From contig MU058059.1 in NCBI GenBank assembly GCA_013265495.1, forward strand, positions 1,649,502 through 1,713,501: a stretch of DNA of 64,000 bases, read 5' to 3'. Positions 40,720 to 54,440 of the stretch are shown in pieces. The notes under the pieces were generated by a model, which saw only the letters and a program-made list of their open reading frames with translations, was not told the DNA's origin and did no database searches. The DNA comes from Vicugna vicugna. Its lineage: Eukaryota. Position 1 is the first letter of the stretch. Each line of letters starts with the position of its first letter. The position numbers and the translations under genes were made by a program.

Positions 40720-42250
40720 TGAGGGTACTGGAGGGGGAATGAGGATTGTTCCAGAGGCTTCTGCTTAGCTTTGTTCACAATAACTGTTCATGCCTTACAA
40801 GCTGAGGAACCACTGTGAGGTTCTTACCATCAATCAAATATACCCATTCCAATTAAACAACTGGGGGGTGGGGCGATTGCCACTGATTAGGATTATGGAC
40901 TAATTACTGTGAGTTGGACCTTGACCAGGACTCCATTTGTTAGCTGGTTCTCCTGTACTCCACCCTCACAGAGAGACCGTGACAAGTCTTCACATCTCAT
41001 TGTCAACTCAGGCTCTGTGTCCAACAATCCCTGAAATGTCTGGCATTCTCCTTTCAACCAGTCATTATTTGAGTCAATAGCCATATGTCTCCTTGGGGAA
41101 AAACTGGGCGATATCACTGTGTACACTTGTACTGCAAGGTCCTTTCTCCTGGGGAACCTAAGCTTTCTTCCATCAGTGGACTGTGGGTCTGAAATTGGCT
41201 CTGGTCTGGAAACTGGACAAGGGACCATGACTTTTAATTTGGGCGTCTACCTTCCATCTCTTGATCACACATCCTTGATTTCTTTTGGTTGTAGATGGAA
41301 ACATACTCTGATTTATTTTATCTATCATACCCCCAAGGAGTGTCATATGCTGTTATCCACCTCCACAGCCCTCCACATGTCACGATCTTGCCATTTATGA
41401 TAAAGGGACCCACTTTCTTCTGACACTGAAGCACTGCCACCGCCGAGACCTTTAGGTCAAGACCCTATCATCCCTGTTGCTCTCTAGGAGCAAAATTCTG
41501 TAACAATGTCTTCTCTCACCACCCCCGCCAACAGAGGACAGCCACCTCCAAGCTTCTTCATGGTGTTCATTGCTTCTCACTTAGGTATATGGAGTGTCCT
41601 TGGGGCCACAGCTTGGAGCACAGAGCCACATAGTGGGTTACATAGTATATTTGCTCTAGCAGGCCCACTTCTCTAGGACTTTTGGTTCCTTCTTTATAAT
41701 CTGCCATAACAATTTTGGCGTTTCTAATTCATTTAATGTGGGGCATTGACTTCTCCAAGCTTTGAAGTGCCACGGGCCAGCGCAAACATGGATAAACTCT
41801 CTCTTATCCACTCCTCTTCGTCACACACCCTCAGGACACAGAACCACTCATATTCTCTCAGCTCCAAGTGGGATCCTACAGCTTCTTGGGAGTGTAATTA
41901 TTTTCCTCTCTTAACATACACAACAGTGAGATTATATTGTAATTAAATCTGGTTAAGTCACTGGTGGCCAGCAAGGAAAATGGGGTTAAACACTGAGGGC
42001 GGCGTGCTCTGTCTGGCAGGGCAGAGGCCTCTGCATTGTCTTCACCTAAAGGGAAGAACTTTTGCCCTGTTAAAACAGAGAGGAGAGGGGCTGAGAATTC
42101 AACTTTGCCTGGAGTTCTGAGAGTGTTTAAATTAGTACCAGGACTTAAGCCTCAGTTTTTTCTGTCCTTCAGCTGCAGGAAATGAGAATCTCTTTTTATG
42201 CCAAGAGATCCTGATGGCTTTCTCACTTAACTTTAATTGATGTTTAACCA
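40570..42250 (-). mobile_element. Decayed ERVL-class internal region (gag-protease-start of RT)
   Basis: Minus-strand translations: QTFQGLLDTEPELT...NGVLVKVQLTV (ERVL protease, DTG motif lost), EPHSGSSAC..IVNKAKQKPLE and AISVMLTDPKDIGGV (ERVL pol N-terminus); stops and frameshifts throughout. Confidence 0.8.
40673..40717. repeat. (GT)n microsatellite inside ERVL pol
   Basis: Direct reading. Confidence 0.95.
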
Positions 42251-42257
42251 TACTTGG

Positions 42258-42475
42258 AAGGCAGAATAATGTGCCCCCAAAGATGTCCATATTCTGATTC
42301 CTGAAATCTGTGAAAAGAGACTTTACAGATGTTGAGATATTGAAGATTTTGAAATGGGAGATTAACCTGGATTATCCAGGGGGAGCCTTATATCATCGCA
42401 TGGGTCCTTGTGAAATGGAGGCAAGAAGCCCAGGGTCACAGAAGGAACTTGAATGAGGAGACCAGTGGTCCGAGT
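42258..42475 (+). mobile_element. MLT1D-like LTR 5' part
   Basis: 'ggcagaataatg..cccccaaagatgtcca...gagattaacctggattatccagg'. Confidence 0.75.
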
Positions 42476-44659
42476 GGTATTATTTAAATTTCAGTTAAAT
42501 TGCACAAGTCAAGTAAGTATATAATGTGAGCCCATGGTACACATGGAAAAGAGATCAGAAAAAAGAAATTTTTTTAAAGGCTGTTAATCTGGGTAGTGAG
42601 ACTATGAGTACTTTTATTTTTTTTATCACTTTTTTTTAGCAATTTCCAAATTTTCTGTAACAAGCATGCATTCTTAAAAGCTTTTTTAAAAAATTGTAAA
42701 AGCAATATATGACAACTGCAGAGAAATTGGAAAATGCAGGTAAGTATATGAGAAAAAGTAAAGATCATCACCTAGAGAAAACAAACGTTAACATTTTGGT
42801 ATATTTCATTTCTGTTTTCTCTGTGCACCCAGATATGAATGTACACCTGTTAAACTTAAGTTGACAGTGGGTGTTCAAGTTAAGTATCCTGCTTTTTTTT
42901 CTCTTAAGATTATATGGTAAGGTTTTTACTTATCTTTAATTTTTAAAACACCATTTTTAATGAAGTTGGAATGTTGCAGTGCATTTCTCTACTGCTAGAC
43001 ATTATGATTATTTCCAGTTTTTTGATATTATAAATGATAATGTGATGAATAAAGTTGTGTGTCAAGATTTAGCCACCATCAGATTCTTTCCTTGGGATAG
43101 ATTACAAGAAGTGGGATTGGACTACTTTCATAATCAGAAAAAAAAATGTTACATTAAAAAGCATCAATCCATGTTTGGGTCAAAAATACCTGCAAAAATT
43201 GGATATCACCAAAAGGTTTTTGGAAATAAGCCATCTTTCTCTATACCAGATATCACAGGCCAGGCACAAGCCTGCCTGTGTTTAGTGAAAGACGCCAACT
43301 CCTGATACAGGTGGCTGTCTAAACCATCTTGCTTTTCCTGGGAGCAGGAAGGTGGCGGGCTGAGAAAATCTTAGCAGGAAAGAGAAACATACTCAGTGAT
43401 GATTTCTAACATGGGGAGATACGCAGGGGAATTGTGCTTCTGCCCTTCTACTGTGGGAGGCATTCTGCTTCTTCCCCTGCAGGGAGAGTGTAGTATAGGA
43501 CACAGTCATCCTTGAAAAGGGAAGCCATTTTATAGGTGTGGCCTCAAAACAAAGCAACAGCCAGTAGGGCGAGTGTGGCTGCGCTGTTCCAGTCTCCCAG
43601 CTAAGCCTAGAGGGAATGATCCGGGCGCCCCACACTCAGGGACTGAGCAGCGCCTGCTCAGCAGACAGGATAAACTACACACGGGAAGCAGTGCTTTTCA
43701 GACTGATCAATGCCATACTTTGCATCTTTCACTCCAGTTTCCTGAAATACACAGAGAAAATTATTGGCTCAGACTGAGAGAACATTGCAGTAGAAATGAT
43801 AAGCCAAGACAAAAAGTCCAAACTTCTCTCTCCAAGTTCCTTGATATTCATTTCAGATTCATTTCATCCTCTATGTTTTAAAACCTCTCATGTTTGAGAA
43901 GACAATTCAAACTGCATGCAAATAAAAGCTGAGAGAGAGAAAGGCTGTTTCCTTACTTGGAGTTGAAAAAATCCAAACAATTCTAAGAAATAATTTAGAA
44001 AGATTTGAGGCTCGCTTTAAATCTTTAAATTTTCTCTGTGTAGTAAGATAAAAAGCTACATAACAATATTTTCACTAATGAAGAGGGAAAGGAAGATAAT
44101 TTTTTTAAACTCTTGAAATAACACACTCAGTAACCAATCTCTATGGAATACTGTATCCTATAAATGTCTGCATGTTTGGGTAATTTTCCTTTAATAAGCA
44201 GTTGCAAAAAATTATTTAAAATAAATGCTTTCTAGTTTAGGCAAATGTCTCTCCTGGCAGAATGAGCAACACTAAACTTTAGCATTAGGCCACGTTATCA
44301 ATTATAGTAATAGACATGATAGGTCTTGTAAAAAATAGCTTTTCTTTGAGGACAGGGACATACATGCCAAATCACTGCAGTTTCTTCCCATACAGCTTAT
44401 TTAAGAGACTATCATTAATCATGTCAAATTTGTTGAAATGCTTTTCATGTCAGGCAGGTATGGGACTAGCCTATTATAGTTACTGTCAAGCTCCTCATTT
44501 TTTATAAACCAGATGTTCTCAGAAGAAAGCAGAGTAGCATTTGATGTGAAAGGAATGAGTTTATCAGGCCGGTTGTGATAAATGAAACACATATAAAGAT
44601 AAAAAACCTTTGGAAGAAAATGAATTACAAATAATGAACATCAAAAAGAAGGAAAAGTT

Positions 44660-45032
44660 TATCCACATTAATATCCTATGGAGGAATATTATTCAGCCTT
44701 AAAAAAGAAAGGAAGTTTTAACACATGTGACAACATGGAGGAAACTTGAGGACATTATGCTCAGTGAAATAAACCAGTCATGAAAAGACAAATACTGTAT
44801 GATTCCACTTATATGAAGTACCTTGAGTAGTCAATTCATAGAGACAGAAAGTAGAATGGTGGTTGCCAGAACTGAGCTGAGAAGGGAATGTGTTGTTGTT
44901 TAATGGATATAGTGTTTCTTCTGGAAATTGGTTATAAGATTGTGTGAATGTACTTGATACTGCAGAACTGTACGTTTAGAAATGGTTAAGATGGGAAATT
45001 TTATGTTATATGTATTTTACCACAATTAAAAA
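44660..45032 (+). mobile_element. L1MB-like 3' end
   Basis: 'gaggacattatgctcagtgaaataaaccagtca...gtatattttaccacaattaaaaa'. Confidence 0.85.
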
Positions 45033-47087
45033 TTTTAAATGTCTTATTGATACTAATGGCTAACATTGTATTTTCTAGAGGAAATCATAAATTGTTCATT
45101 CATGTATATTTTATCCTCAGAATAATGCTGTTAGGAATTTATTATCTGTGTTCTTCAGCTGGAGAAAACTAAAGAAGGATTAACTGACTTGTTTAAAGTC
45201 ACAGAGAGCTAGTTCGTGTCAGAACTGGGACTGAACCCCAGGTCTCGTCTTTCTAAATATATAGCTCTGGTTGTATACATATATACATGTGTGTATGTTA
45301 TATATATCCATCAACTGTTACTACAATGAATCATTCAGTTCAATTCAGAGAATATTTATTGATCTCACAATACACTGTAGAATTATAGTTCAGTTCCTAT
45401 ATCTTAAATTTGTTTTCTCCCCAAAATGCTTATAAATCATTGTCTCTATATTCTTAACAAAATGTGTTCAGCAAGCAGTCAGCAATTCTATTACCTTCAC
45501 ATATTGGCTGAGGAAGCAGAGAGGTTGAATGAAATGCCTAGAGCTAAGGGTGCAGGGAGCTGAGAGGAGTTTGGGTCCCAGGTGCTATGCACTATGCCCT
45601 TGGAATCTGCGTAGTTAAGGCTGTGAAAATCATGTGAAGCCAACATTATTTCCCACATGGAGTCCAAATAACCTATGGCAGTCTGTAACTTGGACTTGTG
45701 TTCAAGTCTGTTTGAGTGGATCTTCCAGAAGTCTCTCACGCTCACCTGTCGGTGATCATCACTTCCTTTTCCATTACAGCCTAGGTCTGTGTTGTGACCG
45801 TGTCCCTTTCATGTTGGGCCCATCTCGGGGCTGAGATGAGCACGGTTCCATACCTGGAGATGGGCTCAGTCTAGAACTTCACTCCTGAGGGCTTGTCCTG
45901 CCACTCCATGCCAAAGACGTCCTTGCACATGCTGTGTGCCCAATGCTTTCTATGCATCTCCTTATTTAATTCTTTGTGATACTATCACCATCATCCCCAT
46001 TATATAGGTTGAAATTCACTTGCCCAATTTGTGAAATTGGGACGTGACAAAGGCAGGAAGGATTCAAACCCAAGACTACTGAGTCCTGATGTTTAACCAT
46101 CATGCCACTTGCCTGGAGTTTCTGCCTGGAAGCCATGTGATTTTCACTTTTGTCAATCTTTAAATAATATGAAAGCTGCTTTTTCTTCTGGTGCACACCC
46201 CTTCTCACCTCTCACTCTCCTTTTCAATCCAGTTCTCTCCTCCTGCATCAATTGTTACTAGATAATGTTTAACCTCAGAGGCAGAACCCAATGACAGTTC
46301 TCATTTTCTAAGAAACCTCATAGACTTTGTACAATATTTCCCTTGTGTAAAGTGGCATTTGATCTCCAGCTCCTTGAGGCTCACTGCCAGCCCCCAGTGT
46401 TATGCTGAATCTGCAAACAGCGAGTGATAAATTGCCTGCTTTTTCGACGTCTGTGCTTTAAGAACACAGTCATCCATCTACATCCTACAATTTCTGTGTC
46501 ATTGTCAATGATATCTGATAATGTTTGTAATCTGCTAAGGTGATAGAGTCTCCCAGATGTCAAAATATCTATTGTGACACAGCTTTCTAGGTCCCTTATT
46601 GCATTCTCAAATACAACCGCATAGAAAAAGTTGAACAGAATCGAACATAACACATAATCTGACTTCACTCAATTCTTGATGGGCATTGAGTATTGGTAAA
46701 CTTTTCAGAGTTGCAAAACTTCTGAAAAGTTGCCAAGATGCAGTTCTTCTAGTGGTTTTCAAATGCTTTTTATGAGCTCTAGGAATTCACTTCAGTGATT
46801 CTTATGCTATTTTCTTCACATTTCCTGTGCACGAAAACTTTGTGTATTGTAATTTGCCTTGATCTTAAACACACACATAAAGCTCTTCATTAGCTGGCCC
46901 AGGAGATTCTAACCAGGATTTACATATTCAATGTGAAGGTCATTGTTTGAAAAGGGTAACATTTTTCAATGTGAAATATCTAGCATTGAGTAGCACTACC
47001 AGAGACCATGAACATTTGGTACACGCAAATTTGAATTTTTACCAAGGCACCTGCTTCTAAATCTGTAGCTCTGATATATATCTAACT

Positions 47088-47130
47088 ATAGATAGATAGA
47101 TAGATCGATCAATCGATCGATCGATCAATC
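47088..47130. repeat. (GATA)n(GATC)n compound microsatellite
   Basis: Direct reading. Confidence 0.9.
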
Positions 47131-48005
47131 TCACTCTGGGGAGCCAGTAACTGAATGCATTTTAATGTATATACATCCATCAAATAGCTCTGTTTCCACA
47201 AAAATCATTAGATGTAACAATAGAAGGATCAGAACTACAATCTGTTAATTTGCTAATTGTTCTGAATTTAGTATGGTTTGCTGAATTTACCCTACTTTGG
47301 CATCAAAGATTACGTAAAAAAAATTATAATGGCTAGACAATCTAGATTGGACATTGGAAAGCCAAGTTGCAAGAAGAAAGACTTTCTTAACTGGAAGGCC
47401 CCAACATAACCCAGAAAATATCTGGTGGAGAGTGTCGAGAATGAAGCTAGAGAGGCTATCATAGTTAAGTGTTTGGAGTTTGTGAGACAGAGCACCTTTT
47501 GCTCTGAGAGTTACTAAAGGTTTCCACTCCCTTTAAACTCAAGTTCTTGGAGCTTACTGATCAGTCCTCCCCTGACTAGCACCTTTGAACTTAAAGGTCT
47601 TTCTTTGGCCTGTGATCAAATCCTCTGGGTCATGACCTTCTGGAATCAAGCCCCTGACACTAAGAAGGAGGGGGTTTCACCAGTGTTCTGGCTTGGGCTT
47701 GGGGATAGGGAGGGATGGTACATCTTGAGCTGGGTCCTTTAATTCCCAACCATGTCAAGGTTGTAAGGAGTTTCTGTTTCACACCACCGCTGCCACTGGG
47801 GCATCCAGCGTTCCACCCACGGTGGTCCAAGGATGGAGAAAAGTCTCTAAGTGCAGAGAGGAATCTTTCCTGCTGGACCACACACTGCTTTGTAGCTTCT
47901 CAGGACAGGAGAAGGTGGGTGCTCACTCAGATGTTGACAGAGTGGGCACCAGATGGCCTGGCCTCAGGCAGTTCCAGGGTTTCCTTGGCAGAAGTTGAAC
48001 TAAAT

Positions 48006-48345
48006 ACAGTGGAACCATATACGGCGGGGGGTGGGGGGACCTTGATTCCAGGACCCCTGTGGCTACAAAAATCCTAGAATGCCCAAGTCCCTTATATTAA
48101 ATGGCACAGTATTTGCATATAATCTACATAACTTATGTACATCCTCTCGTATATTTTAAATCAGCTCTAGATTACTTACAATGCTAATATAACGTAAATG
48201 CTATTCCAACAATTGTAAGTACTATGTTAAATAGTTGCTGGTGCAAATTCAGGTTTTGCTTTTTGGAACTTTCTGGAATTTTCTTTCCAGATATTTTTAA
48301 TCTATAGTTGGCTGAATCCTCCAACCAGGAAACCAGTGAATATGA
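48006..48345. mobile_element. MER2/MER2B-like TcMar-Tigger MITE
   Basis: 'gattccaggacccc...caagtcccttatattaaatggcacagtatttgcatataatctac...gttggctgaatcc'. Confidence 0.8.
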
Positions 48346-48579
48346 TATTGATTACGCTTCTCTACCTCCAGTCCTATCTCTTCACAATCCTCACTAGGTG
48401 GGGTAGGCTGGTTCTACTCTTTTTCAAATTATTATTTATACATACATGTGGTGTTCTGCTCCTTAGTGTATTTGTTTTAAAATCTTAAAACACATTTCTA
48501 TCCTCTAAAAACAGAACCGAAACAAAAAATATACTTCCAGCCCTTATCAATCAAAGCTGATCAGCGTTGGATGCAACCC

Positions 48580-49200
48580 AGTTTGCTGACCCCGCCTTCT
48601 CTCGAGGTTGCCCTGCTCCTGCCCGAGGCCCGCGCATGCGCAGCCACCAGGAGAGGGTGTCGGGAGATGTTCCGCTTCTACTGCGCAGACTCAGAGTTCG
48701 CCATTAGCACCTGACGCACCTGAGGGACGACGTGTTGCGCGGCTCCAGCATCGCAAAGGCTTCGGCACATGAACCCCGAAGTCGAAGTCTTGAAGAACTT
48801 TGCTGCGTGTTTTCCCGCTTTGAGGAGAGGGAAGGGCTTGAGAGAACCATGAAAGTGCCCAGCATTCCTTCAGAAATCCAAAAAGGCCTTCCCGGCGTCG
48901 GGCGAGGCCGGCCGGCCCTCGAGGGAAACGGCGGCTCCTGTGACTCCTGAGACGCGGTGCGGCGAGCGGCTGGGCTCGGCCCGTGGAGGTTCCGGGTGAT
49001 TGCTCCCCACGTCTCCCCGCAGCAGTGACCCGGAGTCATGCGTGTGCTGAGACCTAGGCTGGGCCGATGCTGGAGGCCCGGGACGAAGCGGGGCTGAGGC
49101 GCCGAGAGGCTGACCAGGCTCCGGGCAGGCGAGGCTTTGAGGTGAGATCTGGACTCAAACCCAGGAAGAACCAGGGGCTTTGGGAGAGAGCACCCCAAAG
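48580..49200 (+). promoter_or_regulatory. CpG island promoter 2 with candidate first exon ending at 49141
   Basis: CpG-dense; canonical NRF1 site cgcgcatgcgca 48631-48642; ZNF143-like tgcccagcattcc near 48856; donor GAG|gtgaga at 49141. Confidence 0.8.
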
Positions 49201-49296
49201 CTCCAGCACGATGAGCCTTTGCTAGCCAGGGGGAGGGGTTGGGGAGCCTGCTGTCTTTTGTCCCAGTTTTCAGACCCCTTTTCGGGCCTTTTAGGG

Positions 49297-49734
49297 CAGT
49301 GCTTCTAGCTCCAGGACTTCTTCACTCAGCTAAAAATTACTGAGGACCCTGAAAGAGTTTCCGTTCATATGGGTTTCATCTGTTAATCTTTACTGGCAGA
49401 AATTAAAACGGGGGAACTTTTTATTTCAGTTTATTTAAAACACAGCAGTAACGAACTCCTTATATGTTAACAGGTTTGTGAAAAATAACTCTACCAAACA
49501 AAAAAAGCGTGGTGGTGTTTTACATTTTTTTCGAATTACTTTAATGTGTCCTGTCTCTTTAAACAGTCTGATACCCATGTCATAAAGTCTCTGGAAAACT
49601 TCACTGTATAACCCAGAGAGAATGAGAGAGGGAAAGATAATAACATCTTGGTATTATTATGAAAATAATTGTGGCTTTGCAGGCTTCCTGAAAGGGTCTT
49701 GGGAACCCCAAGGTCCCCACTTTTTGAACCTCTG
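49297..49734. mobile_element. Charlie2-like hAT DNA transposon remnant
   Basis: 'cagtgcttct...caggac...aaaaattactgaggaccc...gaaattaaaac' start and 'ccccactttttgaacctctg' end. Confidence 0.7.
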
Positions 49735-49903
49735 GATAGAAAATTGGGAGGTGCCATCTCACCTTCACAGTGAGACAGATTGGAGGCTTGAATTTGGCTG
49801 CTGCTTGTAACAGACACCTAGAGATGGGGGTTCTTTGACAAATTACCTCTTTGATAATATTGTTATAGGAAAACTAATTGCATCAAGAATTATGTTTCCT
49901 TGA

Positions 49904-51891
49904 TTATTTTTGTTTCCTTCTGCTGACTTTAGATTTTGTTTGCTCTTCTTTTTCTAATTTTTTTAGGTGATAGGTTGTTTACTTGAGATTGTTCTTGTTT
50001 TTTGAGGAAGGCCTGTATTATGAACTTCCCTCTTAGGACTATTTTTGCTGCATCCCATAGATTTTGTGTGGTTGTGTTTTTATTGTCATTTGTCGCAAAG
50101 TATTTTTTAATTTCTTCTTTGATTTCATCGTTGACCCATTGGTAATTTTTGTTTGTTTGTTTTAGTAGCATGTTGTTTAATATCCATGGTGTCATTTTTT
50201 CTCCTTTGTTTTTCTGTGGTTGATTTCTAGTTTCATGGCATAGTGGTCAGAAGAGATGCTTGAAATAATTTCTATCCTCTTAAATTTGTTGAGGCTTCTT
50301 TAGTGCCCTCGTATATGATCTATCACAGAGAATGTTCCATGCGCACTTGAAAAGAATGTATATTCTGTTTTGGGGGAAAAATATCAACTAACTCCAACTG
50401 TTCCATTGAATCATTTAGTATCACCATTACCTTACTGATTTTCTGTCTGGAAATTCTGTCCAATGATGTTAATGGGGTGTTAAAAGTCTCCTACTATGAT
50501 TGTGTTCCCATCAGTTTTCTCCCTTTATGTATGTTAGTATTTACTTTATGTATTTAGGTGTTCCTATATTGGGTGCATATGTTAATGAATGTAATATCCT
50601 TATCTTATTTTGCTCCTTTAATCATTATATAGTGTTCTTTTTTGTCTTTCTTTATGGCCTTTGTTTTAAAGTCTGTTTTGTCCTCTATCAGTATTGATAC
50701 TCCTGCTTTCTTGTCATTTCCATTTATGTAAAATATCTTTTTCCATCCTCTCACTTTCAAATGGTAGCTAATTAAAACTTACAAGCTTTTTCACAGCAAA
50801 GGAAACCGTAAGTAAAACAAAATGACAAGCTACAAAATGAGAAAATATTTGCAAGAGATGTGACTGACAAAGTTTTAATTTCCAAAATATATAAATAGCT
50901 CATGTAACTGAATGACAAACAACCCAATCCAGAAATGGGCACAACAACTAAACAAGCAGTTCTCCAATGAAGACATACAAATGGCCAATAGGCACATGAA
51001 AAAATGTTCAATATCGCTAATTATCAGAGAAATGCAAATCAAAACTGCAATGAAGTATCACCTCACATTAGTCACAATGGCCATCATTCAAAAGTCCATA
51101 AGTGATAAATGCTGGAGAGGGTATAAAGAAAAGGGAACTCTCCTACACTGGTAGTGGGAATGTAGTTTGGTGTATGCATTATGGAAAACAGTGTGGAGAT
51201 TCCTCAAAAAACTAAAAATAGACTTACTATATGATCCAGCAATCCCACTCCTGGTCATGTGTCTGGAGGGAACTCTAATTTGAAAAGATACATGCACCCC
51301 AATGTTCATAGCAGCACTATATACAATAGCCAAGACATGGAGGCAACCTAAATGTCCGTTGACAGATGACTGAATAAAGAAGTTGTGGTATAGTTATACA
51401 ATGGAATGCTACTCAGCCATAAAAAAGAATAAAATAATGCCATTTGGAGCAACATGGATGGAATTGGAGATTGTTATTCTAAGTGAAGTAAGCCAGAAAG
51501 AGAAAGAAAAATACCAAATGATATCACTCATATGTAGAATCTAAAAAAAAAAGAAAAAGAAAAAAAAAGTACACTAATGAACTCAGCTATAAAACAGAAA
51601 CAGACTCATAGACATAGTAAACAATTTTATGGTTACTAGGGGAAAGGGAGTAGGAAGGGATAAATTTGGGAGTTTGAGATTTGCAAAGGTTAACCACTAT
51701 ATATAAAAATAGATTAAGAAAACAATTTTTTTTCTTTATGGCAGAGGGAACTACATTCAATATCTTGTAATAACCTTTAATGAAAATGAATATGTAAACA
51801 AATGTATGTATGTATATGCATGACTGGGACATTGTGCTGTACACCAGAAATCGACACATTGTAACTGACTATACTTTAATTAAAAAAAAAA
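49904..51891 (+). mobile_element. L1 with 5' inversion: antisense ORF2 endonuclease region 49904-50760, then sense ORF2 end and 3' UTR 50761-51891
   Basis: Minus strand reads LKVRGWKKIF...[14 protein letters not shown]; plus strand reads ...[11 protein letters not shown]...; poly(A); imperfect TSD at 49885-49903 and 51892-51911. Confidence 0.9.
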
Positions 51892-53465
51892 AAGAATTAA
51901 CATTTCCTTGAGATAGATACTCCCTAAATTTTCATCCAATGCAAAAATTTAGAATAAAATGAGAGGCTTTGGTTTCATAATGCTCTGATAAGGGAGGAGT
52001 CATTTATCCCACACAAATCACTATTCTCCTATCTGTTCTTTTAATTTGGGGTATTATTATAGATTCTGTGAAATGAAGTTCTCCTGATTTCCCTCAACCT
52101 TCTTAATGGCTCTTTGTCAGTCTCCTTTGCCTGCTCCTTCCTTGCCTAAATGCAGAGAAGAGTGGAAAAGAGAGAATCCCATCCATGGTAGTTTGCATGG
52201 CCTAAACAAATTCTCAAAGTAAAACAGGCATCTTTCCAGCTGGACCTTGGTCAGCTTTCTTGTTGCAGTGAGGAACATTGATAAGTCTTCTCAGTACAGG
52301 AGAACTTGCAAGATTCTGAACTCTTTTTCATGATGCTCCTTCCTTAGATGATTTCATCCATTCCCATGGCTTTGAGTGTTTTTTCCTTCAGAACACACTA
52401 TGTGCCACCATTGCTTCTAATCTGAGTTCCTGGATCAAAATTTAGCTGTACATGTCTCCAATTTTATGTCTTGAGGACAATGCAAATTTAACAAAACTGA
52501 AACTGAGCTTCAGATCGTTCCCGTTAATGTACACACTCAGGCCTGATCCTTCTTCTTTTCCCATCTTAGAAATTGGCATTATAGTCTTCTAAACTGCTTA
52601 GAATATAAATCTGGAAGTCATTCTTGAGCTCTACTCATTTGAACTCCTTATATCTCAATCTGTCACCTAATCTTGTTCGTTTTAATTCCAATTATATCTC
52701 TAATACATTAGCTTTTTCAGTGTTACTATCCAAGTCCAAGTTTACCATCATTTTTTGCCTAAGCTACCCAGCAGCATTCTTCTTATCTGTCCTCCTTACA
52801 TTCACATCTACCATTGCCCTCACTCCAGTCTGTCACCAAATAATCTTTTAAAATCAGAACTACAAATACATTACTCCCCTGCCTACAGTTTTTCCATGGC
52901 ATCTCATTGTACTTAAGATAAAGCTCAGGGTCTTAACAAGGACTCTAAGATACCATTTGATCTGCCTCTGTTCACTTTTCCAGCTTCTTCTTACACCCTT
53001 CTCTCCAGTACTCTATGTTCCACCTATAGTGGGTTTCAGTTATTCACTGGTCAACATTTCTGATTAAGTATGTACCTTGTGTCAAATACTGTTCAGGTAC
53101 CAAGGATACGGCAGTGAACAAGGTCAGAGACCCTATTCTTGTGGAAGTTACATTCTAGAGTAGGGAATTAAGCTACAGGCAGCCATACCAATAAATGTCA
53201 GGGATAGTTTCAGATGGTAAAATTGCTACAAAGAAAATAAAATATAACGAGGTAGAAAAAAAGTGATAACTAGCTACTTAGAATTGAGTCGTCAGGGAAG
53301 ACCACTCTGTGAAGTGGAGCTCAGAATGACAACGGGCCAGGTCAGTTATGTTAATGTATGGGAACAGAGCATTCCATGTAGTGATGACCATAAAAATAAA
53401 AGCTCTGAGGGTGAAACGAATTTGTTCATGAAATAGGCCAATGTGTCTGGTCCATAGTGAGGTAG

Positions 53466-54001
53466 TATATTAGGTTTCTATTACTGTGTAAAAATTACCA
53501 GAAATTTAGTGGCTTAAAACAAAAGAAATTTACTTTCTTTACAGTTCTGGAAATCAGAAGCCTGAAATGGGTCTCAGTGGGCTAAAATCAAGGTGTAGTC
53601 CTTTCTAGACACTTTAGGGGAGAATACATTTCTTTGCCTTTTCTAGCTTCTAGAGACTGCTCACACTCCTTGGCTCATGGTCCTCTGTCTCCATCTTCAA
53701 AGCAACATGGGTTGAGTCTTTCTTACACAGTATCATGTTGATGACCTTGCTTCTTCAGTCATATCTCATTCCCTGACTCTGATTCTTCTGCCTCTCTATC
53801 CTACTTTCAGGAACCCTTCTGATTACATTTGACCACCCCGATAATCCAAGATAATTGTCGCACTTCAAGGTCAGTTGATTAGCAATCTTAATTTCATCTG
53901 CAACCCCACATCCACTTAGGCATATAAGATAATGTATTCACAGGTTCCAGGGATTAGGATGTGGATATCTGGAGGAGAGAGGCATTATTCTGCTTACCAC
54001 A
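53466..54001 (-). mobile_element. MLT1D-like solo LTR, near full length
   Basis: 'tattaggtttcta...aaatttagtggcttaaaac...ggcattattctgcttaccaca'. Confidence 0.85.
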
Positions 54002-54440
54002 GTGTGAAAGAAAGATGAAAAGTGTAAAAGGAGATGAGGTTAAAGAAATGAGCTTGGACTAGATTATGAAAGGCTTGTAGGCTAGATTAAGGAGTTTGGA
54101 TTTTATTCCCAGTGAAAAAGAAAGCCCTTGGAGAATTTCAAGAAGGGCAGTGAAGTGATCTGAATTGCATTTTGAAAGGAACATACGATTTACTATGTTG
54201 AGTTGAATTTAAAGAGGGAAGAGTGGCAACAGACTAGTGAGGGAATATGCAGACTCGTCTGGGCTTGGTTGGTTGGATTAGGGTGATGGTAATAAAGGTG
54301 GAGAAAGTGAATGATTATAGGATGTATTTTGGAGATAGAAACTTGCTAATATATTTATGTGGGGGTAGAGTAAGGGGAAGAGAAGAATGAGGGATGAGTC
54401 CCTAATTTACTAAGATGGAGACTAGAAGATGAGCAGTTTT

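Noticed and set aside
46699..46731. 11-bp inverted repeat aacttttcaga/tctgaaaagtt
   Set aside because: An isolated short hairpin, which is plausible by chance in 64 kb.
16178..48000. NF-kB-induced miRNA host (miR-146a, miR-155, miR-147)
   Set aside because: None of these mature sequences was found on reading the window.
48704..49198. 164-aa minus-strand ORF, and similar ORFs in CpG island 1
   Set aside because: These are GC-rich, stop-poor chance ORFs rich in P/R/G/S with no recognisable homology.
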